This document shows, piece after piece, positions 62,129 through 64,000 of a DNA stretch of 64,000 bases (its first letter is position 1; each line of letters opens with the position of its first letter). Origin of the DNA: Oscillospiraceae bacterium (GTDB lineage Bacteria > Bacillota > Clostridia > Oscillospirales > Oscillospiraceae); contig JAFPXK010000085.1 of NCBI GenBank assembly GCA_017412585.1, positions 24,953 through 88,952 on the forward strand, written 5' to 3'. Both the position numbers and the translations under genes were made by a program. The notes below the pieces were generated by a model. It was not told where the DNA came from. It was given only the letters and a program-made list of their open reading frames with translations, and made no database searches.

Positions 62129-64000
62129 ATGAAGAGGATAACGGGCAAGAAACTGCTGGGCATTCTCCTGGCGCTGGTCCTGGTCATAGGCCTGGTGCCG
62201 TGCTCCGGCATGACGGCCAACGCGGACGATCTGATTCGTATCGGCTCGGCGGACGAGCTGAAAAAGATCGGCCAGGACACCGCCTATCCGCTGTCCGGCA
62301 ACTACCGACTGACGGCAGACGTCTCCATGGACACCATGATTGCCGGGGAATTCACAGGCGTGTTTGACGGCTACGGTCATACCGTCACCCTGAGCATCAG
62401 CCATACTGATGAATGGAATACGGGCCTGTTCGAAAACGTGTCCGGCACCGTCCGGAATCTGATCACCGACGGTTCCGTTACCGGCGTTAAGGGTAACGTG
62501 GGCGCCGTTGCCGCCTATGGCAGCGGCACCTTCAGCCGCTGCTGGAACCGGGCCTCCGTCAGCGGCTTCGGTGCCCAGGGCGCCTCGGGCATCGTGGGCT
62601 TTGGCGGCTCGGCCACAGACTGCCTGAATACCGGCGTCATCAGCGGCAATATCCGGGTGGGCGGCATCACCTGCTCCAACGCGGACGTGACGGCCACCGT
62701 AACGCGCTGCTTCAGCTCGGAGTGCTCCAATTTCGAAGCGACCGCTCATGACAATGGCGCCTTTTATATCGTAGGCGGCGATTCCCCCAATATGCAGGTT
62801 ACTGACTGCTATTTTGCCGGCAACGTGGATCATGCCGGCACCAATAAGGGCAAGGGTACGAAGCTGTCCGGCGCGGACGTGGCCAATCCCGAAAAATACG
62901 CCAACTGGGATTTCACCAATACCTGGATGATGAAGGACGGCAGCCCCAGGCTGAGAATGCCTGTGGAAGCCCCTGTGTTCACCCCTGATGGGGGTAAGCT
63001 CACCGCCGCCCAGAGCGTGACCCTGTCCTGCGCCACCAAAGATGCCGTGATGTATTACACCACCGACGGCACCAAGCCCACCACCGGCAGCACCGTGTAT
63101 ACCTCTGCCATTACGCTGACCGCAACCGCCACCGTTAAGGCCATCGCGGTGAAGGATGGGGTCAGCAGCGAGGTTGCCTCCGCCACGTTCACCCTCCCGG
63201 CGCCCGAGCCCTTTGAGGCCGACAATACGGTGGACGTCTCCGGCACGGCGACGGCGGACGGCGTTAAGGTGGAATCCCTCAGCAACGAGCAAATCATTGA
63301 GATTAAAAAAATGCCCATAGATCAGTCTGTCAACCTGCGCCTTTCAGGTAATCCCAGCCAGGTTGAGATTAAACCCGCGGCAATCGAGCAGTTGGATTTG
63401 GCCCGGGACAGACGGGTGAGCGTGTGGATGCGTAAGGAGAGCGGCGGTACAGAGGCCTGGTACAGCCTGGATTCGTCCGTCAATATGCTGCGCAACGGCG
63501 TAACGATGAAGATCGATCCCATCGATAATCCCACCAGCCCCGACAAACTGACGCTGCAGCAGGCAAACGCCCTCGCCCAAAATCTGGATACTGCCAATGA
63601 TTATCGGGTATTCAATATTGAGGCGTCGTTTCCCACCACAGACGGCAGGAAGCTGGAAGAGCCGGTCAATTTCAATGTCGGCGACAGTGCGATAAATAGC
63701 TGGCCGTCTGCCAACGTTGGCGCCTACTATATGGATGATGAGGGCGCGTTTGAGAAGGTAGGGCTGTCATTCAAAAAAACGAGTACGCTTACCGGCAGCG
63801 AAGGAAGCATCATGACCTCCCTGAAGCTGGATCATTTCTCCGTCTACGTGCTGGTCAATAAGGGCCAGACCGCCAGCGTCACCGTGGCACCGGAGGCAAG
63901 GACGCTGACCTATACCGGCTTTGCCCACAGCCTGGTAACGGCGGGTGAGGCCGAGGGCGGCACCATGTACTATGCCCTTACCACCACCGCCGCAGCCCCC
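62129..64000 (+). CDS. large secreted surface protein, 5' partial (GLUG-like repeats + chitobiase/hexosaminidase-C-like domain)
   Basis: Not in the track because it is open-ended. Own translation from ATG 62129 (RBS AGGAGGAGG) shows 624 codons without a stop. Signal peptide MKRITGKKLLGILLALVLVIGLVP. The VFTPDGG...MYYTTDGTKPT...TVKAIAVKDG module is typical of the CHB_HEX_C-like fold. Confidence 0.8.
   Translation, partial: MKRITGKKLLGILLALVLVIGLVPCSGMTANADDLIRIGSADELKKIGQDTAYPLSGNYRLTADVSMDTMIAGEFTGVFDGYGHTVTLSISHTDEWNTGLFENVSGTVRNLITDGSVTGVKGNVGAVAAYGSGTFSRCWNRASVSGFGAQGASGIVGFGGSATDCLNTGVISGNIRVGGITCSNADVTATVTRCFSSECSNFEATAHDNGAFYIVGGDSPNMQVTDCYFAGNVDHAGTNKGKGTKLSGADVANPEKYANWDFTNTWMMKDGSPRLRMPVEAPVFTPDGGKLTAAQSVTLSCATKDAVMYYTTDGTKPTTGSTVYTSAITLTATATVKAIAVKDGVSSEVASATFTLPAPEPFEADNTVDVSGTATADGVKVESLSNEQIIEIKKMPIDQSVNLRLSGNPSQVEIKPAAIEQLDLARDRRVSVWMRKESGGTEAWYSLDSSVNMLRNGVTMKIDPIDNPTSPDKLTLQQANALAQNLDTANDYRVFNIEASFPTTDGRKLEEPVNFNVGDSAINSWPSANVGAYYMDDEGAFEKVGLSFKKTSTLTGSEGSIMTSLKLDHFSVYVLVNKGQTASVTVAPEARTLTYTGFAHSLVTAGEAEGGTMYYALTTTAAAP

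Overview
High-GC chromosomal window of a Firmicutes/Clostridia type. This placement is inferred from pro-sigma-K, a GerMN lipoprotein, Prp-processed L27 and GGAGG-type RBSs. I support about 55 protein genes, one tRNA-Thr(CGU), one FMN riboswitch, and several promoters and terminators. Housekeeping content: rplU-prp-rpmA, obg, pfs-luxS, tmcAL, dinB, polA-rimI-tsaD, comEA, an OmpR/HK pair, a DD-carboxypeptidase and rluA. Accessory content worth attention: (1) An AraC-linked glycyl-radical enzyme (GRE) operon with activase, SDR and C_GCAxxG_C_C genes. Its putative thiyl-Cys loop reads GCIQPG, i.e. Gln where eliminase-type GREs have the catalytic Glu. A YfcC transporter/M20 amidohydrolase module lies next to it. 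(2) A kinase-less sugar cluster: YihQ-like GH31, GPH symporter, FucI-like isomerase, split transketolase, RpiB and Fe-ADH. It mirrors the published sulfo-transketolase pathway, but the GH31 lacks two of the three sulfonate-binding residues. (3) A 193-bp four-hairpin repeat present twice in inverted orientation, bracketing 17.9 kb. One copy has a 56-nt loop insertion and sits between duplicated terminator hairpins. (4) A tRNA-Thr whose 3' end is re-duplicated and embedded in two very long palindromes, next to an AT-rich spacer with three tandem DnaA boxes. (5) An 18-bp coding tandem repeat (GGNESS)n in an LtaS-like protein. Many long ORFs in the six-frame track are GC-driven antisense shadows and were rejected. 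Several track starts were trimmed using RBS or promoter evidence. One large open-ended CDS (62129..64000) and one 59-aa ORF are absent from the track. All family assignments come from motif recognition by eye; no searches were run.
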